Assembly (NCBI GenBank): GCA_039937835.1
Contig: JBDTFR010000101.1
Span: 3,098 to 67,097, forward strand
From: Bacteroidia bacterium
Lineage (GTDB): Bacteria > Bacteroidota > Bacteroidia > 2-12-FULL-35-15
Length of the DNA stretch: 64,000 nucleotides
Direction of reading: 5' to 3'
In this document: positions 1 through 10,086 of the stretch, one piece after another
Position numbering within the stretch: position 1 is the stretch's first letter
Layout of the letters: the number at the start of each line of letters is the position of its first letter
The notes under the pieces: generated by a model
Seen by the model: the letters and a program-made list of their open reading frames with translations, nothing else
Told to the model about the DNA's origin: nothing
Databases searched by the model: none
Made by a program: the position numbers and the translations under genes

Positions 1-879
1 CCCAACCTGAATGATGAAATAGGTTTAAATTGGGGAAACAATGGTAATTTAATGACTGGCAGAAATTCCATAGGACTGCCAACAGGCGTTAGCCAGTCAA
101 CTATACCGTCTTCGGGAATTGATAATTGGGAGGATTTAACAAATTCCTTTTTTGCTGAAATTTCTCCAATGCCAATGAATATGGAAGCATGGACAACCTT
201 GTATTTAATAATTAATAAATTAAAAAAAACAGGTAATTTTTATTTTGACCCTATTTCTAAAACAGTAAAATTAAATTGGGATAAAACCCATACCGATGAA
301 ATGGTGAAAAATTCCATGAAATTTATTGATAAAATGAATGCCATTAACGGCGGCACCTTAGCCATTTTATTATTTAATAGTGGTATAGGAGATGACATTT
401 GTTACCACCCACTAGGCGGTTGTGTAATTGGCAAGGCTACCGATAATTATGGTAGAGTAAAAGGAGTTAATAATTTATATGTGATAGATGGTTCTTTAAT
501 ACCAGGTACCATTGGTGTAAATCCATTTTTAACTATTACGGCGTTAGCAGAACATTGTATTGAAAAGATTATTAAAGATGATTTTTCTAATCAAACAGCC
601 ATAAAAGTAGTAGAAAATAATATTACTAGTATTGTTGTAAATCCTAACCCGTTTATTGATTCAATTAAAGTACAGTTTCATTCCAAAATAAATAATAAAG
701 CGGTAATTAGCATATATACCCTCGCAGGTGAATTGGTTTACACGAATAAAAAAATAATAATCGAGCAAGGAAGTAATTCTATTTTTATAAATGAATTAGG
801 TGGCCTTGCCTCTGGTAATTATTTGTTGCATATAATGGTAGGGAGTGATAAATTAATTCAAAAAATAATTAAAATTTAA
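1..879 (+). CDS. GMC-family oxidoreductase (cholesterol/choline-oxidase-like), C-terminal part, fused to a T9SS type-A C-terminal sorting domain; the 5' end lies outside the window
   Basis: Frame 1 is open from base 1 (PNLNDEIGLNWG...), so the Met at 52 is internal. HPLGGCVIG...GRV.GV.NLYVIDGSLIPG...NPFLTITALAE is the GMC C-terminal signature. The last ~80 aa (NPNPFIDSIKVQF...GNYLLHIMVG...KIIKI) resemble a T9SS CTD. Confidence 0.75.
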   Translation, partial: PNLNDEIGLNWGNNGNLMTGRNSIGLPTGVSQSTIPSSGIDNWEDLTNSFFAEISPMPMNMEAWTTLYLIINKLKKTGNFYFDPISKTVKLNWDKTHTDEMVKNSMKFIDKMNAINGGTLAILLFNSGIGDDICYHPLGGCVIGKATDNYGRVKGVNNLYVIDGSLIPGTIGVNPFLTITALAEHCIEKIIKDDFSNQTAIKVVENNITSIVVNPNPFIDSIKVQFHSKINNKAVISIYTLAGELVYTNKKIIIEQGSNSIFINELGGLASGNYLLHIMVGSDKLIQKIIKI

Positions 880-924
880 TGGTTTAGTGATTGGCGAGTT
901 TTAATGGATAGCATATGTATAATA

Positions 925-1041
925 GATTCTGATCTTGATAGATACTTCGCTCGGCTCAGTATAACGGTTTTTGAGCTGCTATATCCATAAAAAATAATAT
1001 TTTGTCATTCTGAGCGAATAGAAGGATCTCTATTTGATTTC
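925..1041. repeat. Imperfect inverted repeat (REP/MITE-like intergenic element)
   Basis: The arm at 925-965 (GATTCTGATCTTGATAGATACTTCGCTCGGCTCAGTATAAC) is an imperfect reverse complement of 1004-1041 (GTCATTCTGAGCGAATAGAAGGATCTCTATTTGATTTC). The GTCATTCTGAGCGAA-type core is a motif I associate with intergenic repeats in Bacteroidota. Confidence 0.4.
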
Positions 1042-1160
1042 TCATAAGGAAGATAGGGTTGGGTACTTTATTATTACCTAAATTATTTTTAAAATGGTCG
1101 CTTATAAAATGCCAACCGTAATTCTTTCTATTTCTGCTAAATTTCCTCCTTAACCTTTAT

Positions 1161-1168
1161 TATATTTG
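1161..1168 (+). promoter_or_regulatory. Bacteroidota-type -7 promoter box (TAnnTTTG) for tyrS
   Basis: TATATTTG lies 22 nt upstream of the ATG at 1190. The TTG 'start' at 1166 in the ORF track falls inside this box. Confidence 0.4.
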
Positions 1169-1189
1169 CGGTTCAAAAAACATAAAACA

Positions 1190-2479
1190 ATGAAGGAGAA
1201 TTTTGTTGAAGAATTAAGATGGCGAGGAATGTTGCATGATATTATGCCAGGTACAGAAGATCTTTTAAATAAAGAGACTGTTGTAGGTTATATTGGTTTT
1301 GATCCTACTGCCGATTCTTTAGGAGTAGGCAACATGGTGCAAATTATGACCTTACTTCATTTTCAACAAGCAGGCCATAAACCCATTGCCCTAATAGGTG
1401 GTGCTACGGGCATGGTAGGAGACCCATCGGGTAAATCTGCAGAACGTAATTTATTAGATGAAGAAACACTAAACCATAATTTAGCTTGCCAACGAAAACA
1501 GTTAGAGAAGTTTTTAGATTTTACAAACACTACCAACCCCGCAGAAATAGTTAATAATTACGATTGGTTTAAACAATTTTCCTTCTTAGATTTTATTCGT
1601 GATGTAGGTAAACACATTAGCATTAATTATATGCTAGCAAAAGATTCGGTAAAAAATCGATTGGAAAATGGGATGAGCTTTACAGAATTTACCTATCAAT
1701 TGGTGCAAGGTTTTGATTTTTATTATTTATGGAAAAATAAAAAAGTAAAATTACAAATGGGTGGCTCCGATCAGTGGGGAAATATTGTTACGGGTACTGA
1801 GCTAATTCGTCGTAAAGGTGGTGGAGAGGCTTATGCATTAACTACTCCTTTAATAAAAAAAGCAGACGGTACTAAATTTGGTAAAAGCGAAAATGGTAAT
1901 ATTTGGTTAGATAAAAAAAGAACATCGCCTTATAAATTTTATCAATTCTGGTTAAATGCAAGTGATGAAGATGTGAAAAACTACATTCGTATTTTTACTT
2001 TATTTACAAAAGAAGAAATTGAAGAACTAGAAAAAAATCATGCGGATGCACCTCATTTAAGAGCATTACAAAAAGCATTGGCAAAAGATATTACCATACG
2101 AGTGCATTCTGAGAATGAATTTAACAATGCTGTTGCGGCATCTGAATTATTTTTCGGAAAAGGTTCCCTAGAAGATTTAAAAATAGTATCCGTAATGGAT
2201 GATTTTCAAGACATCATGAGTGATGTACCTACCTTTACAATAAATAAAAATGATATTACTAATGGAATTAATATTGTAGATCTGCTGGCGGAAAAAACAA
2301 AAGTATTCTCATCAAAAGGAGAAGCAAAAAAAATGATTCAAGCGGGTGGTTTATCGGTCAACATGGAAAAGGTATTGAATACCGATACGCAAATAAATGA
2401 ACATCACTTATTACCCAATGATTATTTATTAATAAGAAGAGGGAAAAAAGATTTTATAAAATTAAATGTAATTTCTTAG
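1190..2479 (+). CDS. tyrS: Tyrosine--tRNA ligase
   Basis: [23 protein letters not shown]..., [34 protein letters not shown] (KMSKS-type motif) and a C-terminal S4-like domain. The ATG at 1190 is preferred over the upstream TTG at 1166. The HIGH position reads GVGN (see findings). Confidence 0.93.
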   Translation: MKENFVEELRWRGMLHDIMPGTEDLLNKETVVGYIGFDPTADSLGVGNMVQIMTLLHFQQAGHKPIALIGGATGMVGDPSGKSAERNLLDEETLNHNLACQRKQLEKFLDFTNTTNPAEIVNNYDWFKQFSFLDFIRDVGKHISINYMLAKDSVKNRLENGMSFTEFTYQLVQGFDFYYLWKNKKVKLQMGGSDQWGNIVTGTELIRRKGGGEAYALTTPLIKKADGTKFGKSENGNIWLDKKRTSPYKFYQFWLNASDEDVKNYIRIFTLFTKEEIEELEKNHADAPHLRALQKALAKDITIRVHSENEFNNAVAASELFFGKGSLEDLKIVSVMDDFQDIMSDVPTFTINKNDITNGINIVDLLAEKTKVFSSKGEAKKMIQAGGLSVNMEKVLNTDTQINEHHLLPNDYLLIRRGKKDFIKLNVIS

Positions 2480-2510
2480 CGCCTGTTTAAATTTTAAGCA
2501 AGCGCTTAAG

Positions 2511-3515
2511 TTATTGAATTAATAAATTGCAGCCTCTGATATCACTATTATCAAAGCGTCCTAAAATTTCAAATGCATTGTTATCAATAACTTTACCTAA
2601 ATCTTGCGTGGCAATAAAAGCACAAGAATTGATATTTGCTAAATCAATAATATTAATTCCTCCTGTTTTATTAGGAGGTAAAAAGGTAAATGGGTCATTC
2701 GTATCTCTTGCTAATACTTGCATCCAGGGTGGGCAGTTAAAAATGCCATTTCCTTTTGAATAAGCTTGCGATAATAATTCGGTCATACCATATTCGCTAT
2801 GTATTGTTTTTACTGCAAAGCCTTTACATAATATAGCGTGCAACTCTTCACGAATCATTTCTTTCCGTTTCCCTTTCATTCCACCTGTTTCCATAACAAT
2901 GGTATGTTCAAACACTAATTTTTTATTACTAGCATTTAATTTATCTATTACATCTAACAGCGCATAAGTAACACCCAACAAAATTGTTTTCTGTTTTCGC
3001 TTTTCCAGCGCTTCGAGTTTACCAATTAAAGCATCATATTCATCTAAATAAAAACCACTGTCAGCATGATTACTTTTTTTTATTAAATCTTCTACCATGT
3101 ATATTAATGAAGAACCATTGCGCTCTAAATAAGAGGGTAGCAAAGCTAAAATACAGTAATTAAAAATATCGCCATAAAAAATATTAAATGACTTTTCATA
3201 ACTTTCTTCATAAATAGTTAAATCAGTAACATAATGGGTGCTTGGCGTATCTCCAGTGGTGCCGCTACTTGTAAATAGCTGTTTAGTAGTAGCATTTCCC
3301 TCATCAGAAATAATGGCATGAGTTTTAAAAAAAGCAATCGGTAAAAAAGGAATTTGGTTAATTTCAGTAATGGAAGCAACCTCTATTTTTAAAAAATGGA
3401 GGTATCGCTTGTAAATTGGGTTATTTATTGCCTGATAGTTAAATGTTTCTAAGGCACGCGTTTTAAAATCATCAGAATTTTTAATAGAAAAAATGGAAGG
3501 GACGCTTGGTTTCAA
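2511..3515 (-). CDS. LuxE/PaaK-like acyl-adenylate-forming enzyme (usually annotated 'acyl transferase / F390 synthetase-related')
   Basis: 334 aa. It has the nucleotide-binding motif FTSSGTTGDTPSTHYV and METGGMKGKRKE, and overall resembles acyl-protein synthetase family proteins common in Bacteroidota. Confidence 0.65.
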   Translation of the reverse strand: MKPSVPSIFSIKNSDDFKTRALETFNYQAINNPIYKRYLHFLKIEVASITEINQIPFLPIAFFKTHAIISDEGNATTKQLFTSSGTTGDTPSTHYVTDLTIYEESYEKSFNIFYGDIFNYCILALLPSYLERNGSSLIYMVEDLIKKSNHADSGFYLDEYDALIGKLEALEKRKQKTILLGVTYALLDVIDKLNASNKKLVFEHTIVMETGGMKGKRKEMIREELHAILCKGFAVKTIHSEYGMTELLSQAYSKGNGIFNCPPWMQVLARDTNDPFTFLPPNKTGGINIIDLANINSCAFIATQDLGKVIDNNAFEILGRFDNSDIRGCNLLIQ

Positions 3516-3657
3516 TATAAATAACAGTGAAAAGGTTTAGAAATATATAATTGTTTCACCAAAAATAATTATTAATTTTATGTTCACATAGCTATTTATA
3601 AAATTACCTTGCGAAGTGGGCATATATTAGTTGTGGAAAAATTTAAAACACCTAAAC

Positions 3658-4167
3658 ATGAAATTATCACATAAAATAATATTTTTTCTCGTTATTGTTA
3701 TGGCTGTTGTTTCTTGTGTTAAAGAAAAAAATTTTCCACCGCAGCCAGTGATTACTTTTGATCAGTTTGTTACTTATTCTGGGAAAAATGGCGACATAGA
3801 TTCTGCGGATTGTACCATTAAATTTACCGATGGTGATGGTGACGTGGGCATTATGAAGGGAGATTTAAATTCGCCAGATAACTTAAAGATGAAGTACTTA
3901 TATAAAAGCCCGATTGATGGTCTTTTTCATCCAGTAGATGCGATAGATTCTACTACCGTGATGGATACGCTGTTTTTTAGTTATCGAATACCCAATTTAA
4001 CTCCCAATGGGCAGTATAAAGCGTTAGATGGAAGTATAAAAGTAAAATTAAGAACTAGTCCTGTTTTTTATCCTGGACACCACATTGTTAAATTTGAAAT
4101 TACATTGCTTGATAGAGCAGGGCATTTAAGCAACCGTGTCTCAACAAATGAAATTAATATTCCATAA
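3658..4167 (+). CDS. Hypothetical lipoprotein
   Basis: The ATG at 3658 gives MKLSHKIIFFLVIVMAVVSC, a signal peptide with a lipobox Cys. It contains an FTDGDGDVG Asp/Gly motif. I recognise no family. Confidence 0.6.
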   Translation: MKLSHKIIFFLVIVMAVVSCVKEKNFPPQPVITFDQFVTYSGKNGDIDSADCTIKFTDGDGDVGIMKGDLNSPDNLKMKYLYKSPIDGLFHPVDAIDSTTVMDTLFFSYRIPNLTPNGQYKALDGSIKVKLRTSPVFYPGHHIVKFEITLLDRAGHLSNRVSTNEINIP

Positions 4168-4245
4168 TTTTTTTATGCATGATGTTTGTTGGTTTCACCC
4201 TTTATTGATCAACTTTCATTCGTAAAATTTGTTAAGGTTACGTAA

Positions 4246-5019
4246 TTGATTTATGAATTTCAGTTATCTTCGTTTTTAAATATATTGAATGTGTCAGATA
4301 GCATAGTAATTATCCCCACCTATAATGAGAAAGAAAATATTGCGAGAATGATTCGCAAAGTATTTTCAATGGACTTTACATTTCACATTTTAATTGTTGA
4401 TGATGGATCACCAGATGGTACAGCGAATATTGTTAAAAGTTTGATGCAAGAATTTCCAGGGAAATTATTCTTAGAAGAACGCAGTGGTAAACTAGGCTTA
4501 GGAACAGCCTATATCCATGGATTTAATTGGGCTCTGGTTCGTAAGTACGAGTATATATTTGAAATGGATTGTGATTTTTCTCATAACCCCGACGATTTAA
4601 TTAGATTAAGAGAAGCTTGCGTAAATGGTGCTGATGTTGCTATCGGGTCTCGTTATGTAAAAGGGGGTAAAGTAGAAAATTGGCCGCTGGGTAGAATATT
4701 AATGTCTTATTTTGCTTCTGTATATGTACGTACCATCTTATGGGTTAATATACAAGATACTACTGCTGGCTTTAAATGCTACAAAAGAAAAGTACTTGAG
4801 CGGATTGATTTTGACGATATAAAATTTGTTGGTTATGCTTTTCAGATAGAAATGAAATACATTGCTCATCAATTGGGTTTTAAGTTAGTTGAAGTTCCTA
4901 TCGTATTTAAAGATCGTACAGAAGGTAGTTCTAAAATGACGAAAGGTATATTTAAAGAAGCAATATGGGGCGTTTTAAAAATGCGCTTTATGAAATTTCA
5001 TAGAAAAAAATTAAAGTAA
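4246..5019 (+). CDS. GT2 polyprenol-phosphate mannosyltransferase (dolichyl-phosphate mannose synthase-like)
   Basis: IIPTYNEKENI, VDDGSPDGT and MDCDFSHNP (DXD) motifs. The start is uncertain: TTG at 4246 or GTG at 4291 (giving MSDSIVIIPTYNE...). There is no in-frame ATG near the N-terminus. Confidence 0.85.
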   Translation: MIYEFQLSSFLNILNVSDSIVIIPTYNEKENIARMIRKVFSMDFTFHILIVDDGSPDGTANIVKSLMQEFPGKLFLEERSGKLGLGTAYIHGFNWALVRKYEYIFEMDCDFSHNPDDLIRLREACVNGADVAIGSRYVKGGKVENWPLGRILMSYFASVYVRTILWVNIQDTTAGFKCYKRKVLERIDFDDIKFVGYAFQIEMKYIAHQLGFKLVEVPIVFKDRTEGSSKMTKGIFKEAIWGVLKMRFMKFHRKKLK

Positions 5020-5068
5020 TAGATTCCACTTAATTTTAAAAAGTATAAAGACTGTATAAATTGTTTAA

Positions 5069-6406
5069 ATGAAAACACTTATTAAAAATGCACAGATTGT
5101 TAATGAAGGTAAAATTTTTAAAGGTGATGTACTCATTGAAGACGACTTAATATTAAAAATTTCAGAAAGCCCACTTTTTATTGATGCAGATAAAATAATA
5201 GATGCAAAAAATCAATATTTGTTTCCTGGTTGTATTGATGATCAAGTTCATTTCAGAGAACCTGGTTTAACTCACAAAGGCGATATTTATTCAGAATCAA
5301 AAGCTGCCATAGCAGGTGGTATTACCTCTTTTATGGAAATGCCAAATACTATTCCCAATGTGTTTACCCAACGTCTATTAGAAGAAAAATATGATCGGGC
5401 AGCAAGTGTATCGCTTGCTAATTATTCTTTTTACATGGGTGCTTCTAATGATAATTTGAATGAAGTTTTAAAAACCAATCCCCAAACTGTTTGTGGAATA
5501 AAAGTTTTTATGGGCTCCTCAACTGGCAATATGTTAGTGGATAATAAAGAAACATTAGAAGCTCTTTTTTCTAAATGCAAAATGCTTATTGCTACTCATT
5601 GTGAAGATGAGGCAATCATACGAGCAAACATGGAGTTATATCGTAAAGAATATGGAGAAGAGGTTCCGATGGAAATGCATCCACTTATTCGTTGTGAAGA
5701 AGCGTGTTATAAATCATCATCATTAGCAGTAGCATTAGCAAAAAAATACAACACCCGTTTGCATATTTTACATATTTCTACTGCCAAAGAATTAACCTTG
5801 TTTAATAACACCATACCGCTTAAAGAAAAGCGAATTACTGCAGAAGCATGCATTCATCATTTATGGTTTACCAATGAAGATTATACTACTAAAGGATCAC
5901 TCATAAAATGGAACCCTGCTGTTAAAAAAAAACAAGACAGAGATGCGATTTTAAAAGCAGTAATTGAAAATAAAATTGATGTAATTGCAACAGATCATGC
6001 CCCGCACACATTAGAAGAAAAAAATCAATCTTATTTTAAAGCCCCTTCTGGTGGGCCATTAGTGCAACATGCATTAAATGCGATGCTACAATTGTATCAT
6101 CAAAAAAAAATAACCTTAGAAAAAATTGTTGAGAAAATGGCACATGCAGTTGCTGATTGTTTTCAAATTGAAAAAAGAGGATACATTCGCGAAGGTTATT
6201 TTGCAGATTTAGTTTTAGTAGATTTAAATGCCATATACACTGTTAATAAACAAAATATATTGTATAAATGCGCATGGAGTCCTTTTGAAGGAAACACCTT
6301 TAATTCCATAATAACGCATACGTTTGTAAATGGAAATTTAGTATACGATAATGGTATTTTTAATGAAGCAAAAAAAGGAAAACGATTAAAATTTATACGT
6401 GAATAA
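5069..6406 (+). CDS. pyrC: Dihydroorotase (amidohydrolase superfamily)
   Basis: 445 aa. Motifs are PGCIDDQVHFREPGLTHKGD, ...IKVFMGSSTGN..., ATHCEDE, HILHIST and ATDHAPH. Confidence 0.85.
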   Translation: MKTLIKNAQIVNEGKIFKGDVLIEDDLILKISESPLFIDADKIIDAKNQYLFPGCIDDQVHFREPGLTHKGDIYSESKAAIAGGITSFMEMPNTIPNVFTQRLLEEKYDRAASVSLANYSFYMGASNDNLNEVLKTNPQTVCGIKVFMGSSTGNMLVDNKETLEALFSKCKMLIATHCEDEAIIRANMELYRKEYGEEVPMEMHPLIRCEEACYKSSSLAVALAKKYNTRLHILHISTAKELTLFNNTIPLKEKRITAEACIHHLWFTNEDYTTKGSLIKWNPAVKKKQDRDAILKAVIENKIDVIATDHAPHTLEEKNQSYFKAPSGGPLVQHALNAMLQLYHQKKITLEKIVEKMAHAVADCFQIEKRGYIREGYFADLVLVDLNAIYTVNKQNILYKCAWSPFEGNTFNSIITHTFVNGNLVYDNGIFNEAKKGKRLKFIRE

Positions 6407-6467
6407 AACGTATCTTATAGTTTAAATGGCCTAAAAAAATAAAAAGATAAATTTCATATATTAGATT

Positions 6468-7826
6468 TTGAACATAATTTATTGGATTGTAAAGCCCCTC
6501 TCTATTCTGTTTTTGAATGTTTTCTATAAAATTGATTATAACGGAAAAGAAAATATACCCCTCGGTAAACCTGTAGTATTTGCTCCTAACCATGTAAATG
6601 CATTTATTGATGCAGTATTAGTTGGTATTGCTGTAAAATATAAAGTTCGTTTTTTTGCAAGAGGCGATGTATTTAAAGGCCGATTTTCGAGATGGATTTT
6701 AAATCAATTGAGCATAAGCCCGATGTATCGTATCCAAGAAGGTTATGGGGAATTAAAAAAGAATGATAAAACATTCGAAGAATGCCGCCAAATGCTTGTA
6801 AATAATAAAGCATTAGTCATCTTTCCAGAAGGTATCTGTATACAGGAGCGACGTTTAAGACCCTTGAAAAAGGGCTTAGCAAGAATTGTTTTTCAAACAG
6901 CAACCTCTATTAATTTTAATAAAGATATTCTAATTGTGCCCGTTGGCTTAAATTACAATAACCCTACAAAGTTTAGAAGTAATGTTACCATTAATTATGG
7001 TAAACCTATTTCTTTAGATGCATTTGAGCGAAGTTACCGAGATGACAGTATTAAAACCATAAATACGTTTACAAAGCTGCTGGAAGAACAAATGCAGCCT
7101 CACTTAAATATTATTAATAATTCAGATAACGATGAGTTAGTTTCCAATTTAGAAGAAATATATTTAAAAAGATGGATACAAAATAAAAATGAACCCTTTA
7201 ATTTAAAACAGCAATATCTTGCCAGTAAAGAAATAATAGCAATGGTAAATAACTTAACAGCAGAGAATCCACATGCATTAGATTCATTAAAAGAAAAAAT
7301 AAATGCCTATTTAACAAAAATTAAACAACATCAATTACGCAATCATTTATTAAACCCTGAAACAATAAATAAATCTACTAGTTTAACTTTTATTTATGAA
7401 TGTATCATTCTTTATATAGGTATGCCCATTTATGGAATGGGTTTATTAATGAATTATTTACCATACAACTATACAAAAAAATATTGCGATAAAAATGTAA
7501 AAAGTAAGGAGTTCTATGCTTCTGTATATGCCAACATGGCCATGTTTTTATGGTTATTTTATTATGCTATTCAATTGTTGGCTGTTTCACTTTTCAAAAA
7601 GTGGTTATTATTGGGTACTTATGCTTTATTAGTTCCCTTATTAGGGTATTTTGTATTGTATTTTTATCCAGTTATGAAAAAAATAAGAGGACGTTGGCAT
7701 TTATTAAAATTAGTACGAAAAAATAAAAAATTAATTACAGAATTAGTAAATGAAAGAGAAGATATTATTGCCCAAATAGAACATATGGTGGCTCAAGAGC
7801 GTTTGGTAGTTAATTTGGGTAAATAA
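6468..7826 (+). CDS. PlsC-family glycerolipid acyltransferase with a long C-terminal membrane extension
   Basis: APNHVNAFIDAV (acyltransferase His/Asp block) and FPEGICIQERRLRPLKKG (FPEG block). The C-terminal ~150 aa contain hydrophobic helices. It has a TTG start and no nearby ATG. Confidence 0.8.
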   Translation: MNIIYWIVKPLSILFLNVFYKIDYNGKENIPLGKPVVFAPNHVNAFIDAVLVGIAVKYKVRFFARGDVFKGRFSRWILNQLSISPMYRIQEGYGELKKNDKTFEECRQMLVNNKALVIFPEGICIQERRLRPLKKGLARIVFQTATSINFNKDILIVPVGLNYNNPTKFRSNVTINYGKPISLDAFERSYRDDSIKTINTFTKLLEEQMQPHLNIINNSDNDELVSNLEEIYLKRWIQNKNEPFNLKQQYLASKEIIAMVNNLTAENPHALDSLKEKINAYLTKIKQHQLRNHLLNPETINKSTSLTFIYECIILYIGMPIYGMGLLMNYLPYNYTKKYCDKNVKSKEFYASVYANMAMFLWLFYYAIQLLAVSLFKKWLLLGTYALLVPLLGYFVLYFYPVMKKIRGRWHLLKLVRKNKKLITELVNEREDIIAQIEHMVAQERLVVNLGK

Positions 7827-7938
7827 TAGCTTCTAGCTTTTTAACCAAATTAACCAATAAATGAAATAGGTTTAAAATAGGCGCGAATAAATATCATTTT
7901 TATAAGTTCTTATATAGATTACATAGATTAGTTTTTCA

Positions 7939-7946
7939 TATATTTG
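7939..7946 (+). promoter_or_regulatory. TAnnTTTG -7 box upstream of gldC
   Basis: TATATTTG lies 42 nt upstream of the ATG at 7988. Confidence 0.3.
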
Positions 7947-7987
7947 AATAGCAATTAATTACTAATTACTTTATAAAAATAAGTCAG

Positions 7988-8326
7988 ATGAAACAATCAG
8001 AAATAAAATTCACCGTAAAATTAGATGAAAATAATTTACCGGAAACCATTGATTGGAGTGCAACAGATGGAGGTGAAAATAGCACCAGTAAGGCCGTAAT
8101 GATTACCTTGTGGGATGCGAAAGAAAACAATACTTTACGTATTGATTTATGGACAAAAGATATGATGGTAGATGAGATGAAGCAATTTTACCACCAATGT
8201 TTATTGTCAATGGCTGATACCTTTGACCGTGCTACGGGCGAAAGTGAGATGGCGAAAGAAATGAAAAACTTTGCAAACAATTTTGCTGAAAAATTAGAAT
8301 TGATCACTAAAAATGAGCCTAAATAA
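7988..8326 (+). CDS. gldC: Gliding motility protein GldC
   Basis: 112 aa. SEIKFTVKLDENNLPETIDWSATDGG...LRIDLWTKDMMVDEMKQFYHQ...FAEKLEL closely matches my memory of Flavobacterium GldC. Confidence 0.75.
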   Translation: MKQSEIKFTVKLDENNLPETIDWSATDGGENSTSKAVMITLWDAKENNTLRIDLWTKDMMVDEMKQFYHQCLLSMADTFDRATGESEMAKEMKNFANNFAEKLELITKNEPK

Positions 8327-8408
8327 AAGTATTTTTTATAAATAATTTTTCAGAATCAGTACTTAATTCTATTAATTAAAATATTTCTCAGTAAAAAAAT
8401 TTGAAAAA

Positions 8409-9023
8409 TTATTGTTGTGGCGTTTTCACAAATAGTTTATTAGCATCACTAATAAAATCAAGTAGTTCTTTTCTGCCTTCTTTTTTTTCTGCGGATGTAT
8501 AAAAACATTGTGGTAACTCATCCCATTGTTTTCCCATTTCTTCTTTGTAATGGTTCATTTTTTCAGAAAATTGTTTTTTTGATAATTTATCCATTTTCGT
8601 AAATACCATCACAAATGAAATTCCATTTTCTCCCAACCAACTCATAAACTCTAAATCTATTTTTTGTGGTTCTAAACGGGAATCTAATAGCACCATCACG
8701 CACATCAAATTTTGTCGTTCTAAAATGTAATCTTGAATAAATTTTTCCCAATTTTCTCTAGCAGATTTTGCTACTTGTGCATACCCATAACCAGGGAGAT
8801 CTACCAAATACCAATTATCGTTAATAATAAAATGATTAATAAGTTGTGTTTTCCCTGGTTTACCAGATGTTTTTGCTAAATCTTTACGCGTTACCAACAT
8901 ATTGATAAGTGATGATTTGCCAACATTTGATCTCCCAATAAAAGCATACTCTGGTAAAGTAGGTGCTGGGCATTTGGTAACATCTGAATTGCTGATTACA
9001 AATTGAGCTATTTTTATTTCCAT
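8409..9023 (-). CDS. engB: Ribosome biogenesis GTPase YsxC/EngB
   Basis: G1 motif [20 protein letters not shown] and TKMDK (G4). The ATG at 9023 (MEIKIAQFV...) is preferred over the TTG at 9071. Confidence 0.9.
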   Translation of the reverse strand: MEIKIAQFVISNSDVTKCPAPTLPEYAFIGRSNVGKSSLINMLVTRKDLAKTSGKPGKTQLINHFIINDNWYLVDLPGYGYAQVAKSARENWEKFIQDYILERQNLMCVMVLLDSRLEPQKIDLEFMSWLGENGISFVMVFTKMDKLSKKQFSEKMNHYKEEMGKQWDELPQCFYTSAEKKEGRKELLDFISDANKLFVKTPQQ

Positions 9024-9100
9024 AATTTTAATACATTGAGATCTACTATTAGTAAGGTTAAGTGCTATCAATACCTAATAGTTATAATTTTTAATTAATT

Positions 9101-10030
9101 TTATTTTTTATAGGTAGCAATGTGACGTTCTTTTTTTGTATTGTAAATATCAGTAAATTTAACCATTATGCCCGTTTCTTCTACGTCTCCAAAATGTTTG
9201 TTGCTCGATGTTCCAAAGGTTTTCATAGTAGCAGATAAGTTCATATAGGCATTTACTAAAGGAGGTACATGCTCATTAAAAGTACGTACATGCTGATTTA
9301 AAATACGATGCCCTTCTTTATAAGTTAGTCCTTTTATTGACTTTAAAAATTCACTTACATCTGTTTTTATCGGCAAAGGATCAATAGGGGTAACTAAATG
9401 ATCAACATCTGGGAAATAATAATTCATAAATGACAAAATTAAATCACGAGCATGAGTATTAAAATCCGTATACATGGTTACTTTACCAAAAAAGTAACTG
9501 ATGTCGGGATTGTCAACTACTATAGCTCCTAAACCATCCCATAAATTATCTAATGAAAATAAACCTTTACGATTATCTACCGTTGGTTGATATTTAGGTT
9601 GTACAAAAGAACGACCCAATTCTATAGTGGTAGGAAGATATTCTTTTATAAATTTCTCTGAAAAATGAAATAGCTCAGTTGTGGCTAATTGCACAATACC
9701 GTCTTTTACAGGAGCATCTTTGCACTTAATAAAGCGGTAACCGCCTACTATTTCTTTATCTTGCCAATTCCAAACAATTAATTGTTTGTAGGGTGCATCT
9801 TTAGCTATATCAAATTCATCAATGTCTATTTCTTTACCTGTTCCACCACCAGCTGCCCTAAAAGTAAGTTCTCGCAAACGGCCTATTTCACTCATTAAAT
9901 TTGGCGAATCAGTCTGTGTAATAATATAAATTTTATTATTACCATTGTTCGTATTGCGAATAAACCGTTCTGGAGTGAGTTCTGATTCTAAAGCGCGAAT
10001 TTCAATTGGTGCTATAATTTCTTGCATCAT
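9101..10030 (-). CDS. GNAT-fold N-acyltransferase (OlsB/GlsB-like; lipoamino-acid synthesis)
   Basis: 309 aa. LRELTFRAAGGGTGKEIDIDEFD... is typical of the 'hemolysin-like' N-acyl amino acid synthases. It sits immediately downstream of a lysophospholipid-type acyltransferase on the same strand. Confidence 0.7.
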   Translation of the reverse strand: MMQEIIAPIEIRALESELTPERFIRNTNNGNNKIYIITQTDSPNLMSEIGRLRELTFRAAGGGTGKEIDIDEFDIAKDAPYKQLIVWNWQDKEIVGGYRFIKCKDAPVKDGIVQLATTELFHFSEKFIKEYLPTTIELGRSFVQPKYQPTVDNRKGLFSLDNLWDGLGAIVVDNPDISYFFGKVTMYTDFNTHARDLILSFMNYYFPDVDHLVTPIDPLPIKTDVSEFLKSIKGLTYKEGHRILNQHVRTFNEHVPPLVNAYMNLSATMKTFGTSSNKHFGDVEETGIMVKFTDIYNTKKERHIATYKK

Positions 10031-10086
10031 TTAACTATTAGATTTTTAAGAAGCTTTATTTACTCATCTGTAAAGTTAAATGGTTT

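Noticed and set aside
1166-1189. N-terminal extensions from non-ATG starts in the ORF track (1166, 3631, 9071, 10977, 36814, 56142)
   Set aside because: In each case a nearby in-frame ATG gives a canonical N-terminus or signal peptide. The extension either overlaps a promoter box or adds non-conserved residues.
5237-5251. pyrC as a possible inactive pseudo-enzyme, because the first metal-binding HxH reads D-Q-V-H
   Set aside because: As far as I recall, DDQVHFREPG is the normal form in Bacteroidota dihydroorotases. All the other metal-ligand blocks look intact. An alignment would settle it.
5925-6112. A9 homopolymer tracts inside pyrC as phase-variation switches
   Set aside because: They encode Lys runs in an AT-rich genome within an essential biosynthetic gene. 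Similar tracts are frequent throughout the window.
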